From positions 32,001-96,000 of the forward strand of contig CAXXLZ010000001.1 in assembly GCA_963675595.2 (NCBI GenBank): a stretch of DNA of 64,000 bases, written 5' to 3'. Numbering within the stretch: the stretch's first letter is position 1; the number at the start of each line of letters is the position of its first letter. The notes under the pieces are model-generated. The model was not told the origin of the DNA and did not search any database. It saw only the letters and a list, made by a program, of their open reading frames with translations. Below, piece by piece: positions 10,089 to 18,148 of this stretch. This DNA comes from Thermodesulfobacteriota bacterium. GTDB lineage: Bacteria; Desulfobacterota; Desulfarculia; JACQYL01. Position numbers and translations under genes: made by a program.

Positions 10089-10593
10089 AAGGCGGTTCCA
10101 CATTCCAAAATATGGGGGAATTCAATGAGCACTGAAACCGGAATGAAGAACCATGCTCATGAGGGAGGCGGACACAAGCGAGGCCCCACCAGCTTCCAAA
10201 TACACGACCCGGACCGGGTCTTCGACGCACTTCCTCTCAAGAAAGGAGACCATTTCCTGGACGCCGGCTGCGGGCCCGGGGATTATTCAATTCGGGCTTC
10301 GGAATGCGTCGGTGATGCCGGTCTGGTGTTTGCGCTGGACAAGGACAAGCAAATGATTGAGGAGCTGAGACGGAAAGCGCGGAAGAAAGGAATCACCAAT
10401 ATCAGGGCCGTGACCTCGGACTTTACCGCATCGTTGCCCCTGCGGGACCACTCCGTTGACGTGTGTCTCGCGGCAACGGTACTGCACATACCGGCCGTGT
10501 TCAAACATGCGAATGCCTTTGGAATGCCCCCCGATAATTGGTCCATGTATAATGAGAGTCTGAATGCCCAAAGAACGGAAGGAGACTTTTTGC

Positions 10594-10875
10594 ATGGCCA
10601 AGAGAAAGAGACACAGCGCGGAGCAAATCATCCGGAAACTTGAAGACGCGGACCGTCGTCTGACGGCAGGGCAGACGATAGCGCAGGTTTGCCAATCCCT
10701 GGAGGTGAGCGAGGCGACGTACCACCGGTGGCGAAACCAGTATGGCGGGATGAAGGCTGAGGAGGCCAAGCGGCTAAAAGAACTGGAAAAGGAAAATGCA
10801 CGCTTAAAAAAGCTGGTCGCCGATCTGATGTTGGACAAGGCAATGCTGAAGGATCTTGCGGAGGGAAACTTCTAA
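10594..10875 (+). CDS. IS3 transposase OrfA
   Basis: RHSAEQIIRKL..VSEATYHRWRNQYGGM..RLKELEKENARLKKLVADL; GGAG RBS; GGGAAAC -1 slippery site at the 3' end. Confidence 0.95.
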   Translation: MAKRKRHSAEQIIRKLEDADRRLTAGQTIAQVCQSLEVSEATYHRWRNQYGGMKAEEAKRLKELEKENARLKKLVADLMLDKAMLKDLAEGNF

Positions 10876-11774
10876 GCCCGGCGCGTCGTAGGAAAGCGGT
10901 TGATTATGTTCGAAGTGAACATGCCGCTTCAGAGCGTCGGGCCTGCCGCGTAGCCGGTCAACACCGATCCACCCAACGTTATGAGCCGAAGGAACGGGAC
11001 GATGAGGTGGAACTGATCAAGGCTCTTCACCGGTTGGTTGGAGAACATCCCCGTTTTGGATGCCGTAGGATCACTCGGCTGCTGCGTGATGCGGGGTGGG
11101 CGGTAAACTACAAGCGAATTCATAGACTTTGGAAAGAGGAGGGATTCAAGGTACCTCGAAAAGCCAAGAAGAAACGCTTCCTGGGAGTTGATGCCAATGC
11201 GTGCAACAAGCGTAAGGCGGCTTTTGCAAATGATGTCTGGACGTTGGATTTCATTCATGACCGCTTGGTCGACGGCCGTCAGTTCAAGTGCTTGGCCATT
11301 GTCGACGAGTTTACTCGGGAAAACCTGGCCCTGAGGATCAACCGCTCCATTACGGGTGAAGACGTTTTGAACGAGCTGAGCCGATTGATGGGCGAGCGGG
11401 GAGTTCCAACGGGCATTCGATCGGATAACGGTCCCGAATTTATAGCCCAAAAGGTGAGAAATTGGCTGAAAGACCTGGGAGTGGGAACCTTTTTCGTCGA
11501 GCCGGGAGCCCCTTGGCAGAACGGGTACGTGGAAAGTTTCAACAGCCGTTTTCGGGATGAATTCTTGAACATGGAAATTTTCAACAACATCAAGGAAGCG
11601 CAGACTCTGGCCGCCAAATGGCGGAAAGTCTATAACGAGGAAAGACCGCACAGTGCATTGAATTACATGACCCCGGCCCAGTTCGCGGCGAGCCCTTGGG
11701 GCCTCGACTCCGCCTCGCTCAGCTCGGCTTCGCCGTGGCCCCAAGGGCCGGGGATGGAAAACCGCGAGTCATGA
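10872..11774 (+). CDS. IS3 transposase OrfB (DDE), expressed by -1 frameshift
   Basis: WTLDF, IVDEFTRE, IRSDNGPEF, PWQNGYVESFNSRFRDE, YNEERPHSAL. Confidence 0.95.
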   Translation, partial: LSPARRRKAVDYVRSEHAASERRACRVAGQHRSTQRYEPKERDDEVELIKALHRLVGEHPRFGCRRITRLLRDAGWAVNYKRIHRLWKEEGFKVPRKAKKKRFLGVDANACNKRKAAFANDVWTLDFIHDRLVDGRQFKCLAIVDEFTRENLALRINRSITGEDVLNELSRLMGERGVPTGIRSDNGPEFIAQKVRNWLKDLGVGTFFVEPGAPWQNGYVESFNSRFRDEFLNMEIFNNIKEAQTLAAKWRKVYNEERPHSALNYMTPAQFAASPWGLDSASLSSASPWPQGPGMENRES

Positions 11775-12025
11775 TAAAACTCTCATAACTCCTGGACCAA
11801 AAACTGGGGGCTTGACACCTTGTTTCGGGAAATCCATCGTGTTCTCAAGCAAGGCGGATTTCTCGCGGTTATCGAGTGCAAGAAGGAAGAAACGCCCTTC
11901 GGCCCACCAATGGAACTGAGACGCTCTGCCCAAGACATAGAGGGGGCGATGACTCCGGGAGATTTCCTCAAAATCCGCTATGTGGACCTGGGAGTCACGT
12001 ATCTGATCCTGTTTGCCGCCGCCTA

Positions 12026-12178
12026 GACCGTTGAAAAGCACGATCTGCGGCGTTGCGCTTCATCCCTCGTCACTGCGACGTACTTCTATGTATGCCTTTC
12101 CTCGGGACTTGCCCCTCGCATCTCATCGTTTTTCGCCGGCCCTCGGCAACCGGCCCTTTTCATCGGACCGTCGGCGGA
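12026..12178 (+). repeat. MITE-like repeat, family B (copy 1)
   Basis: CCGTTGAAAAGCACGATCTGCGGCGTTGCGCTTCATCC..CGTTTTTCGCCGGCC..AACCGGCCC; colinear with the reverse complement of 15445-15615. Confidence 0.7.
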
Positions 12179-12327
12179 ATCTCGGACCCGGCGGCCGGGT
12201 GGGCTTACCAAGGATGGTTCGTCCATCTCTCCTTCCTTTCGGTCGTTTCCGCCGGATTCGGATTGCGCTTTCCGGCGCCCCGTACAATATTTCCGGGCGT
12301 ATGTGTTTCCCTGTGTGTCTTTCATAG

Positions 12328-12356
12328 TTGATGATATGTATAATTCAGGCTACATT
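12328..12356 (+). promoter_or_regulatory. Putative sigma70 promoter with overlapping ATGTA-N10-TACAT inverted repeat
   Basis: TTGATG, 17 bp, TACATT, upstream of a GGAGG RBS and the XRE gene. Confidence 0.5.
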
Positions 12357-12382
12357 GAGTCATATCCGCCCGGGAGGACCTG

Positions 12383-12901
12383 ATGGGCAAATTCGATTTC
12401 TCCGTCATTCGGAATCTCCGCAAGAAGTGGGGATTAACCGCAGAGGAACTGGCAAAGCGTTCGGGCCTGACGCGAGGGACCATCGCGAAGATTGAAGGAA
12501 AAGACGGCAATCCGACCATCGAAACCATTGAAGCGTTGAGTGCCGTCTTCCAGTTGTCGTCCAGCGAATTGATCCGCCTTGCGGAGACCGCTCAGTGCGA
12601 GGCCGGCGCGACTCAGCCTTTTAAAGGACAAGGGATCGACGGCGCTCACATCTGGTTTCCCAATTTCGAGGTCTATCACCTCCGTGGGGGGCGCGGTGTG
12701 CGGAAGGAATCGGATCCCAGGCATCACGAGAATACGGCCGAAGTGTGCCTGGTGCTTTCCGGCAAGGTGAGAGTCGTCGTCGGCGAACAAAGCCATGAAT
12801 TGGGACCCGGTATGGCGCTACGGTTCAAGGCCCTGCATGAGCACCACTTCGATTTTATTGAAGAATCCGAGATGCTGCTCATTCACCATGTCTCGGTTTG
12901 A
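12383..12901 (+). CDS. XRE-family HTH regulator with C-terminal cupin domain
   Basis: LRKKWGLTAEELAKRSGLTRGTIAKIE..NPTI; cupin motifs HHENTAEVCLVLSG and LGPGMALRF..HEH. Confidence 0.9.
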   Translation: MGKFDFSVIRNLRKKWGLTAEELAKRSGLTRGTIAKIEGKDGNPTIETIEALSAVFQLSSSELIRLAETAQCEAGATQPFKGQGIDGAHIWFPNFEVYHLRGGRGVRKESDPRHHENTAEVCLVLSGKVRVVVGEQSHELGPGMALRFKALHEHHFDFIEESEMLLIHHVSV

Positions 12902-13038
12902 TCCGGGACGCGAGGAGACGGAACCAACCACGATTTCTCTGCGTATTCATTGAAAAGCCGAAGCGCCCGCGTGCCGGAACGGAGAACCTTTGTCGCAGGC
13001 TCGGCAACCAAACGAGGACCACGAGGGTCGGCAGCCGC

Positions 13039-13068
13039 CAAGGCCCTGATCCGGGGGTCTTTTTTTTT
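13039..13068 (+). terminator. Putative intrinsic terminator or attenuator before the DUF3786 gene
   Basis: AAGGCCCT-loop-GGGGTCTT stem followed by a long T run. Confidence 0.45.
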
Positions 13069-13092
13069 ATCCTTCTCGGGAAGGAGGGCGAA

Positions 13093-13761
13093 ATGGTCGA
13101 TAATCGAGAAGTGTTCGAAAGAATCTACAGGGACTATTTGGTGGAAGTGTCCGCCCTTGATTTGAATCGCATCAAGGAACGGCTCGGCGTGGAGCTGGAT
13201 GGGGAAACGGCGATTATCCCGTTCTACGGTGCGCCGTACCGGGTTTCTCCTGGAGGCATTGTCGATGATCAGGGGCGTCGACCGAATCATGCCGTGAGCG
13301 TGATCCTGTGCAAGTATCTGCTTCTGTGCCCGGAAAACGAACCGGTGGAGGGGGAGTGGGTGACTTACAGAGAGTTCAAGGATGCGCTTCCATTTGTCGG
13401 CGGGTTTGCTCAGAACACGGAGAGGCCCATCGGCCAAGGTTTTTCCGGCCGCATGGAACTGCTGAAGACAGCGTCGGAAGCCTTGTCGGGGCGACCGGCG
13501 GAAGAGGAAATCAGCGCCGACCTCGTTTTGAAATTCGAGGTCCTGCCCAAAATCCCCTTGTTGATGCTGTTCAACGATCGTGACGAGGATTTCCCGTCCA
13601 ATTGTTCGTTGTTGTTCCGGAGAAGCGCGGCGGAGTACCTGGACATGGAATGCCTCGCCATGGTCGGTTGGGTACTGTCCGACCGATTGAAAGTATGGCT
13701 GCCGGACCGATCGTCGGCGCCATCCGATTTGGCGATGTCCGTGGGCGCCGAGGATTCTTGA
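13093..13761 (+). CDS. DUF3786-domain protein
   Basis: VILCKYLL, WVTYREFKD, VLPKIPLL..DEDFPSNCSLLF..YLDMECLA; AGGAGG RBS before ATG 13093. Confidence 0.8.
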   Translation: MVDNREVFERIYRDYLVEVSALDLNRIKERLGVELDGETAIIPFYGAPYRVSPGGIVDDQGRRPNHAVSVILCKYLLLCPENEPVEGEWVTYREFKDALPFVGGFAQNTERPIGQGFSGRMELLKTASEALSGRPAEEEISADLVLKFEVLPKIPLLMLFNDRDEDFPSNCSLLFRRSAAEYLDMECLAMVGWVLSDRLKVWLPDRSSAPSDLAMSVGAEDS

Positions 13762-13820
13762 CGAAACCCTGAGACTCCTCGGCGGAGAGGGCCTCCCTGA
13801 AGATGCCCGACCGGGCGCCG

Positions 13821-14615
13821 CTAACCGTTACGGTTTTTCAGTCTGAATGCCGCCAAGAGGATATACAGGCCGATCCATACGGCATAAGAGACCAAGAACA
13901 AGGTGGTTACCGGGTTTGCGGCGAGGGAAAAGGCTCCCCCGACCCGGGCGTCCGGCCCCTCTCCCTCCCGGTAGAAATCCGTCAGGGTCAAACGAACGTT
14001 TTGTCCCACCAAGGGTTCCAGCATGCGGATCGTGCCGGCCAGAACTTGTTCTTCTCCGAGGAACACCGAAACTTCGGCGTGGTCTTCTTTGGGGTGGAAT
14101 GTATCTCGCGTCAGAATTCTTCTTGAGGGCCGGTAGGGATAGTTGAGCAGGGCCGGATCATCTTTGAATTCAAGACCGCGGAGTTCGATCCGGTATTCGC
14201 CGGCTTGTCCGTTGGATCCTGGAAGAAGCCGGACGTTTTCCGCTTTGGTTCCAAAAGCCATTTGCGAGAGGTGCCCCAAAAGAACGAGCACCATGATGAG
14301 ATGAATGAGCACGAGGAGCCGCCCCGAACCTCGCCGGGTCCCGGTCATTCTCGGGATCAACCGTGTCCACGTGCAGCAGATCAAGTTCACCACCATGATT
14401 CCCGCCGCAGCGCAAAGTCCGAGGAACCAAGTCGCGGCCACCGGAGTTTTCCAGGCCGAGTTCATGATCCAATCTCTGACCAGTTCTCCATTCATGGCGT
14501 CGAGCCCCGGCCGAAGGGCCGGAATGTAACTGGTTATTGCGCCCAACCCGAACCAAACGGCCAGGAAAGTCAAAGCCCAAAAGGACAGCGTCAACGAAGA
14601 GAGGCGGTTGATCAT
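13821..14615 (-). CDS. Short ResB/CcsB-like membrane protein
   Basis: NLICCTWTRL and LIHLIMVLVLLGHL (TM His), a small periplasmic domain and a final TM. ATGA overlap with the upstream stop; GGAG RBS. Confidence 0.65.
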   Translation of the reverse strand: MINRLSSLTLSFWALTFLAVWFGLGAITSYIPALRPGLDAMNGELVRDWIMNSAWKTPVAATWFLGLCAAAGIMVVNLICCTWTRLIPRMTGTRRGSGRLLVLIHLIMVLVLLGHLSQMAFGTKAENVRLLPGSNGQAGEYRIELRGLEFKDDPALLNYPYRPSRRILTRDTFHPKEDHAEVSVFLGEEQVLAGTIRMLEPLVGQNVRLTLTDFYREGEGPDARVGGAFSLAANPVTTLFLVSYAVWIGLYILLAAFRLKNRNG

Positions 14616-15361
14616 AAGTTCTCCAAAAGGTGCGCCGCGTAAAGAATGGCTGGAAAGCAGCCCGCGATTGCGATGGCCCATGCCCTGGCTCGGGGGTTGG
14701 ACGACCAACGGACCGGCAGATGAAGTACGACGGTGATTCCCAGAAATACCGTGGTGGCCTCCAGGAAGTTTCGCCCCCAGCGCCAGTAGTCGCCCAACCA
14801 GTTGAGAGCCCAAGTGAACCCGCAGAACTCGCCGGCCAGGAAAAGCCCCGTACCGGCTACCAAGTGGTTCACGGCCCGTTTGCGTGCGCACCGCGCCGCC
14901 GCTTCATCAACGGCAGGCAACAGAGAGCCGCCGGCCGTGAGACCGGAAAAGAGGATGACCGCCACCGAAGCCCTTCTCAACAAGAAGAAGCATCGAGCCC
15001 AGGTGTAGTCGTACATGAACCAGGCCGGATATGGGGTACGATCAGCGAACAGCAGGAGGCTCAGGAGCAAGGAAACGGCGGTCCATACGAGCCGATCCAG
15101 TCGGACCGTTTTGAGGGCGCCGCCCGACCGCAACATGCCCAGAAGACCCAAAATGAAGGCCATGAACATCATGGGTTCGATGGCTCCGGCCACAGGCGGG
15201 CGTTTGGTCTTCGCATACAGAAGGACCAGGGTAAGGAAGATGCTTGTGAGCGCAGCTAAACCCAACCAGGGCGTGAGTCGCTTCAAGCGCATCCAACCTG
15301 ATGCCGCGGCGGCTATGCTGAGCACAAGCGCTGCAAAATAGGCAACTTCGAGAAAAGGCAA
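14612..15361 (-). CDS. Divergent CcsA/ResC-like (cytochrome c assembly family) membrane protein
   Basis: RPPVAGAIE segment, WWD-like GFTWALNWLGDYWRWG, and VVLHL. Start is a TTG at 15361 after AAGGAG. Confidence 0.75.
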   Translation of the reverse strand: MPFLEVAYFAALVLSIAAAASGWMRLKRLTPWLGLAALTSIFLTLVLLYAKTKRPPVAGAIEPMMFMAFILGLLGMLRSGGALKTVRLDRLVWTAVSLLLSLLLFADRTPYPAWFMYDYTWARCFFLLRRASVAVILFSGLTAGGSLLPAVDEAAARCARKRAVNHLVAGTGLFLAGEFCGFTWALNWLGDYWRWGRNFLEATTVFLGITVVLHLPVRWSSNPRARAWAIAIAGCFPAILYAAHLLENL

Positions 15362-15444
15362 GATGAAGACTCCTTCCGGAAGATAGAAGAAAGGAGGAGG
15401 GTTGCGTGACGCGCCCTTCCACCATTGTTTGGGGGGAGCGAAAC

Positions 15445-15615
15445 CCGTGCCGACGGCCCGTTCAAACGGGCCGGTTTCGGAAGGCCGGAGAAAAACGACG
15501 ACGCTCAAAACGCGGCGGCCTTGAGCAATGCATCGTTTGGAAAGCATGTTGCAGCAGCGATGGATGAAGCGCAATTCGCTTGGCTAGGGCGGATTGCGCC
15601 TTTCAACAGCCTGTT
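15445..15615 (-). repeat. MITE-like repeat, family B (copy 2), between the TBDR and ccsA-like genes
   Basis: Reverse complement begins CAGGCTGTTGAAAAGGCGCAATC..TTGCGCTTCATCC..CGTTTTTCTCCGGCC..AACCGGCCC..CCGTCGGC. Confidence 0.7.
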
Positions 15616-15648
15616 GGACGGGTTATGCTCGTTGAACGGCGACGTTGG

Positions 15649-17730
15649 TCAGAATCGCGCGATCAGACCGATCCGCCATTCCCGTCCGGGTCCGGGAAAG
15701 TCCACTTCGGACTCGTAGTCTTTGTCAAAGATGTTGTTCACGCCTGCATAGGCTTCGAAGTATTCGAAGAACTCCCTGGACACACGCGCGTTAAGAATAA
15801 AGTAACCGTCGGTCTTCTCCCCTTCGAGGTCGGGATTCGCCGGCGTGGGCAGTTGATCGTAGCGTTCTCCCACGGCGAGGCCTTGGAGGTCCAGCTTGGT
15901 CAAGACTAGGGGGATGAGGTAGCTTGCCCCAACGTCCAGCTTGTGCTCCGGAACGCGTAGGACTTTGTCCGTGGCCCGATCGTCGCTTTCATCGCGGGCT
16001 ACGGTGTAGGTGTAATCCAATCGGAAGATCAGTTCCTTGAGAGGACTCCAGACGAGCCCGGCTTCCATTCCATAAAGGTGGACCTTTCCATAATTCTGGA
16101 ATTGGGACGTGGGATTATTGGGGCCGTCGCGACTGATCCAGTCACTGATATCCATGTAGAAGCCGGCCAACCGGATGTCGATTTGATCGAAGAAACGCCT
16201 GCCGACGCCGAGGTTATAATTGATGCTCGTCTCCGCTTCCAGCTCCGGGTTCCCTCCCTTGGTGCTGTAAAGCTCCTGCAAGGTGGGAAATCGGGTCTTC
16301 CGTCCAACGGATCCGAAAATTCGCGTCGTATCGGAGAACGTGTAACTCGCCCCGACCATGGGGTTCCATTCCGATTTGGTTCCCGGAGTATCAAGGTCTT
16401 GCTGCTTCGTGAGGTTGCCGTCCTTGTCCGTGAGATTTTCTTCAGCCCTGTCCACCTGATACCAATCGTACCCCATTCCCGCGACCACCATCAGGCCCGG
16501 AACGGCGGTGAATCGGTACTCGATCCCCGAGGAACCCGTGTAGGAGAATGATTCGGCATAGGGCAGGTACTCGTCGTCCCGTTCCTTGTGGGAGTCCCCT
16601 TTGAAGTGGAAGGCCGCGGCCAGCATGTGGCCGTCCAGCACGTTGTATTCCGCCGTGAGGTTGCCTCCGGCGAAATAGTCCTTGTAACGGCTGTGTGCGA
16701 TGGCATCGGTGAAGTTTGCGTCCGAGTAGGAAACGTACAAGTCCTCGTGGTTGTGGTAGAAGAGTTTGCCTTTGAGGGTGAGCTTTTCGCTCAAAGCCCG
16801 ACGGCCGCTCAGGTCCACTCCCATGTCGTCATAGTCTTCCCAGCGGGACAGCCTGGAGAAGGCGGGTCGACTTGTGAACACCATTTCGCTGCTGATGTTC
16901 GGCGGCATGCCCCGATCGGCGTTGATCCAGTGGAAGTTGGCAAAGTACTCGCCGTCGTCGGATTCGTATCCCACCCGAGACCATATGCTGTCCACGCGGT
17001 AATCCGAGTTGTTTCTGTAACCCCCGTCTTCCAGGAGCGCTTCCTCGGTACCCCCGGGTTTGTATACGATGCCGCCCATTTCCGGTGCGTAGTCGCCGGA
17101 CATCCGCCACCCGTCGCTTGCTCTTCGGGTGTAATTGAGAAAGTAGTTCCAGTTTCCGATCTTCATGCCGTGGGAAACGCCGGCACGATAGGTGCCGTGC
17201 TCGCCCGCTTCGCCGATGAGCATAAAGGAGGGCTTTTCGCTCGCGGCCTTTTTGGTTACGACATTGATCACGCCGGCGAGGGCGTTGGGACCATAGAGGA
17301 CGGAAGAGGCGCCTTTAATGATTTCGATTCTGGAAATGATGTCGGCTGGAATCTGGTCCAGGTTCAGCCGGTGGTACTTGGTTTCGTAATAAGGAACGCC
17401 GTCGATGAGAATCGCGGCTTTTTCCTGCGCCAAGCCGTAAATTTGCACCTGAGGTTCATTACGTCGGTTGGTGGTGACCAGAACACCCGGGGCGAACGCC
17501 AGGGCCTCGGCTACGGTGGTGCTGTTTGTGGCACGTACTTGTTCCTCGGTGACGATGTCGTGGATCACCACTTCTCTATCGTCGGGTCGATCTGCTGAAA
17601 CCAGGAGTTCTCCGAGGTAATAGGGTTCGAAACCCGCCTTCTCGGTATCCTGGGCGGAAGCCGGTCCTACGGCCGATAAAAGGATGATGAGCAGACTGAG
17701 GAGGAGGATCTTGGGGCATTCGGGGCGCAT
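15649..17730 (-). CDS. TonB-dependent outer-membrane receptor
   Basis: Signal peptide, TonB box-like ELLVSA, plug motif ISRIEIIKGASSVLYGPNALAGVINVVTK, NPELEAE, and C-terminal GVNNIFDKDY..PGREWRIGLIARF. Confidence 0.95.
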   Translation of the reverse strand: MRPECPKILLLSLLIILLSAVGPASAQDTEKAGFEPYYLGELLVSADRPDDREVVIHDIVTEEQVRATNSTTVAEALAFAPGVLVTTNRRNEPQVQIYGLAQEKAAILIDGVPYYETKYHRLNLDQIPADIISRIEIIKGASSVLYGPNALAGVINVVTKKAASEKPSFMLIGEAGEHGTYRAGVSHGMKIGNWNYFLNYTRRASDGWRMSGDYAPEMGGIVYKPGGTEEALLEDGGYRNNSDYRVDSIWSRVGYESDDGEYFANFHWINADRGMPPNISSEMVFTSRPAFSRLSRWEDYDDMGVDLSGRRALSEKLTLKGKLFYHNHEDLYVSYSDANFTDAIAHSRYKDYFAGGNLTAEYNVLDGHMLAAAFHFKGDSHKERDDEYLPYAESFSYTGSSGIEYRFTAVPGLMVVAGMGYDWYQVDRAEENLTDKDGNLTKQQDLDTPGTKSEWNPMVGASYTFSDTTRIFGSVGRKTRFPTLQELYSTKGGNPELEAETSINYNLGVGRRFFDQIDIRLAGFYMDISDWISRDGPNNPTSQFQNYGKVHLYGMEAGLVWSPLKELIFRLDYTYTVARDESDDRATDKVLRVPEHKLDVGASYLIPLVLTKLDLQGLAVGERYDQLPTPANPDLEGEKTDGYFILNARVSREFFEYFEAYAGVNNIFDKDYESEVDFPGPGREWRIGLIARF

Positions 17731-17762
17731 TATGAGTTCTCCTTGCCGGTGGGAATCCGGAC

Positions 17763-17786
17763 TGATATATTTTTAAAAATATACCG
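17763..17786. promoter_or_regulatory. Operator 1 (ModE-box-like), core TATATTTTTAAAAATATA
   Basis: Perfect 18-bp palindrome at 17766-17783; minus strand reads CGGTATAT-N8-ATATATCA. Confidence 0.7.
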
Positions 17787-17830
17787 ACGGTGCGGAAAAA
17801 GCCGCTGAAAAGCGGCCGACGACATGGTTA

Positions 17831-17859
17831 TTTATATTTTTAAAAATATATCGAGTCAA
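17831..17859 (-). promoter_or_regulatory. Sigma70 promoter of the TBDR operon, overlapped by operator 2
   Basis: Minus strand TTGACT, 17 bp, TATAAA. An identical 18-bp palindrome at 17833-17850 covers the spacer and -10. Confidence 0.75.
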
Positions 17860-18148
17860 GGAAAACCGTGTCGCGGATTTCCCTCGGAGGAAGGACTCGG
17901 GCAACTTCCCGTGTTTATTAAGTATAACCTTTCCTCCCTCTTCATTACCGATCTCTTTTGAGCATGCCCTTGCGGAACCGGGAAAAACGCGATATATTTA
18001 AATCTAACGTAATGAAATGCTCATTTCCGGGATCTCTTGCCGGTAGTCTTCCGCAGCGATTTTTAGCTTGTCTGTCGGTCGAAGCATCTGAAGGTCGTTT
18101 CTCCATCCCCGGGATATCGTCGACGGTTTCTCCCGTCAAAGGTGAGCC

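Larger units (their letters stand above)
10520..11817 (+). mobile_element. IS3-family insertion sequence (IS407-like), 1298 bp
   Basis: TG..CA ends; imperfect IRs TGGAATGCCCCCCGATAATTGGTCCA and TGGACCAAAAACTGGGGGCTTGACA; 4-bp CCTT target duplication at 10516-10519 and 11818-11821. Confidence 0.95.
10125..12026 (+). pseudogene. Class I SAM methyltransferase interrupted by an IS3 element
   Basis: N-part has FLDAGCGPG. Removing the IS and one CCTT restores AAT GCC TTG TTT CGG (NALFREIHRVLKQGG..TPFGPP) in frame. Confidence 0.9.

Noticed and set aside
17731-17830. Cobalamin riboswitch or Fur box upstream of the TBDR
   Set aside because: The leader is only about 95 nt and has no B12-box; GGGAATCCGG is on the wrong strand; no GATAATGAT-like site.
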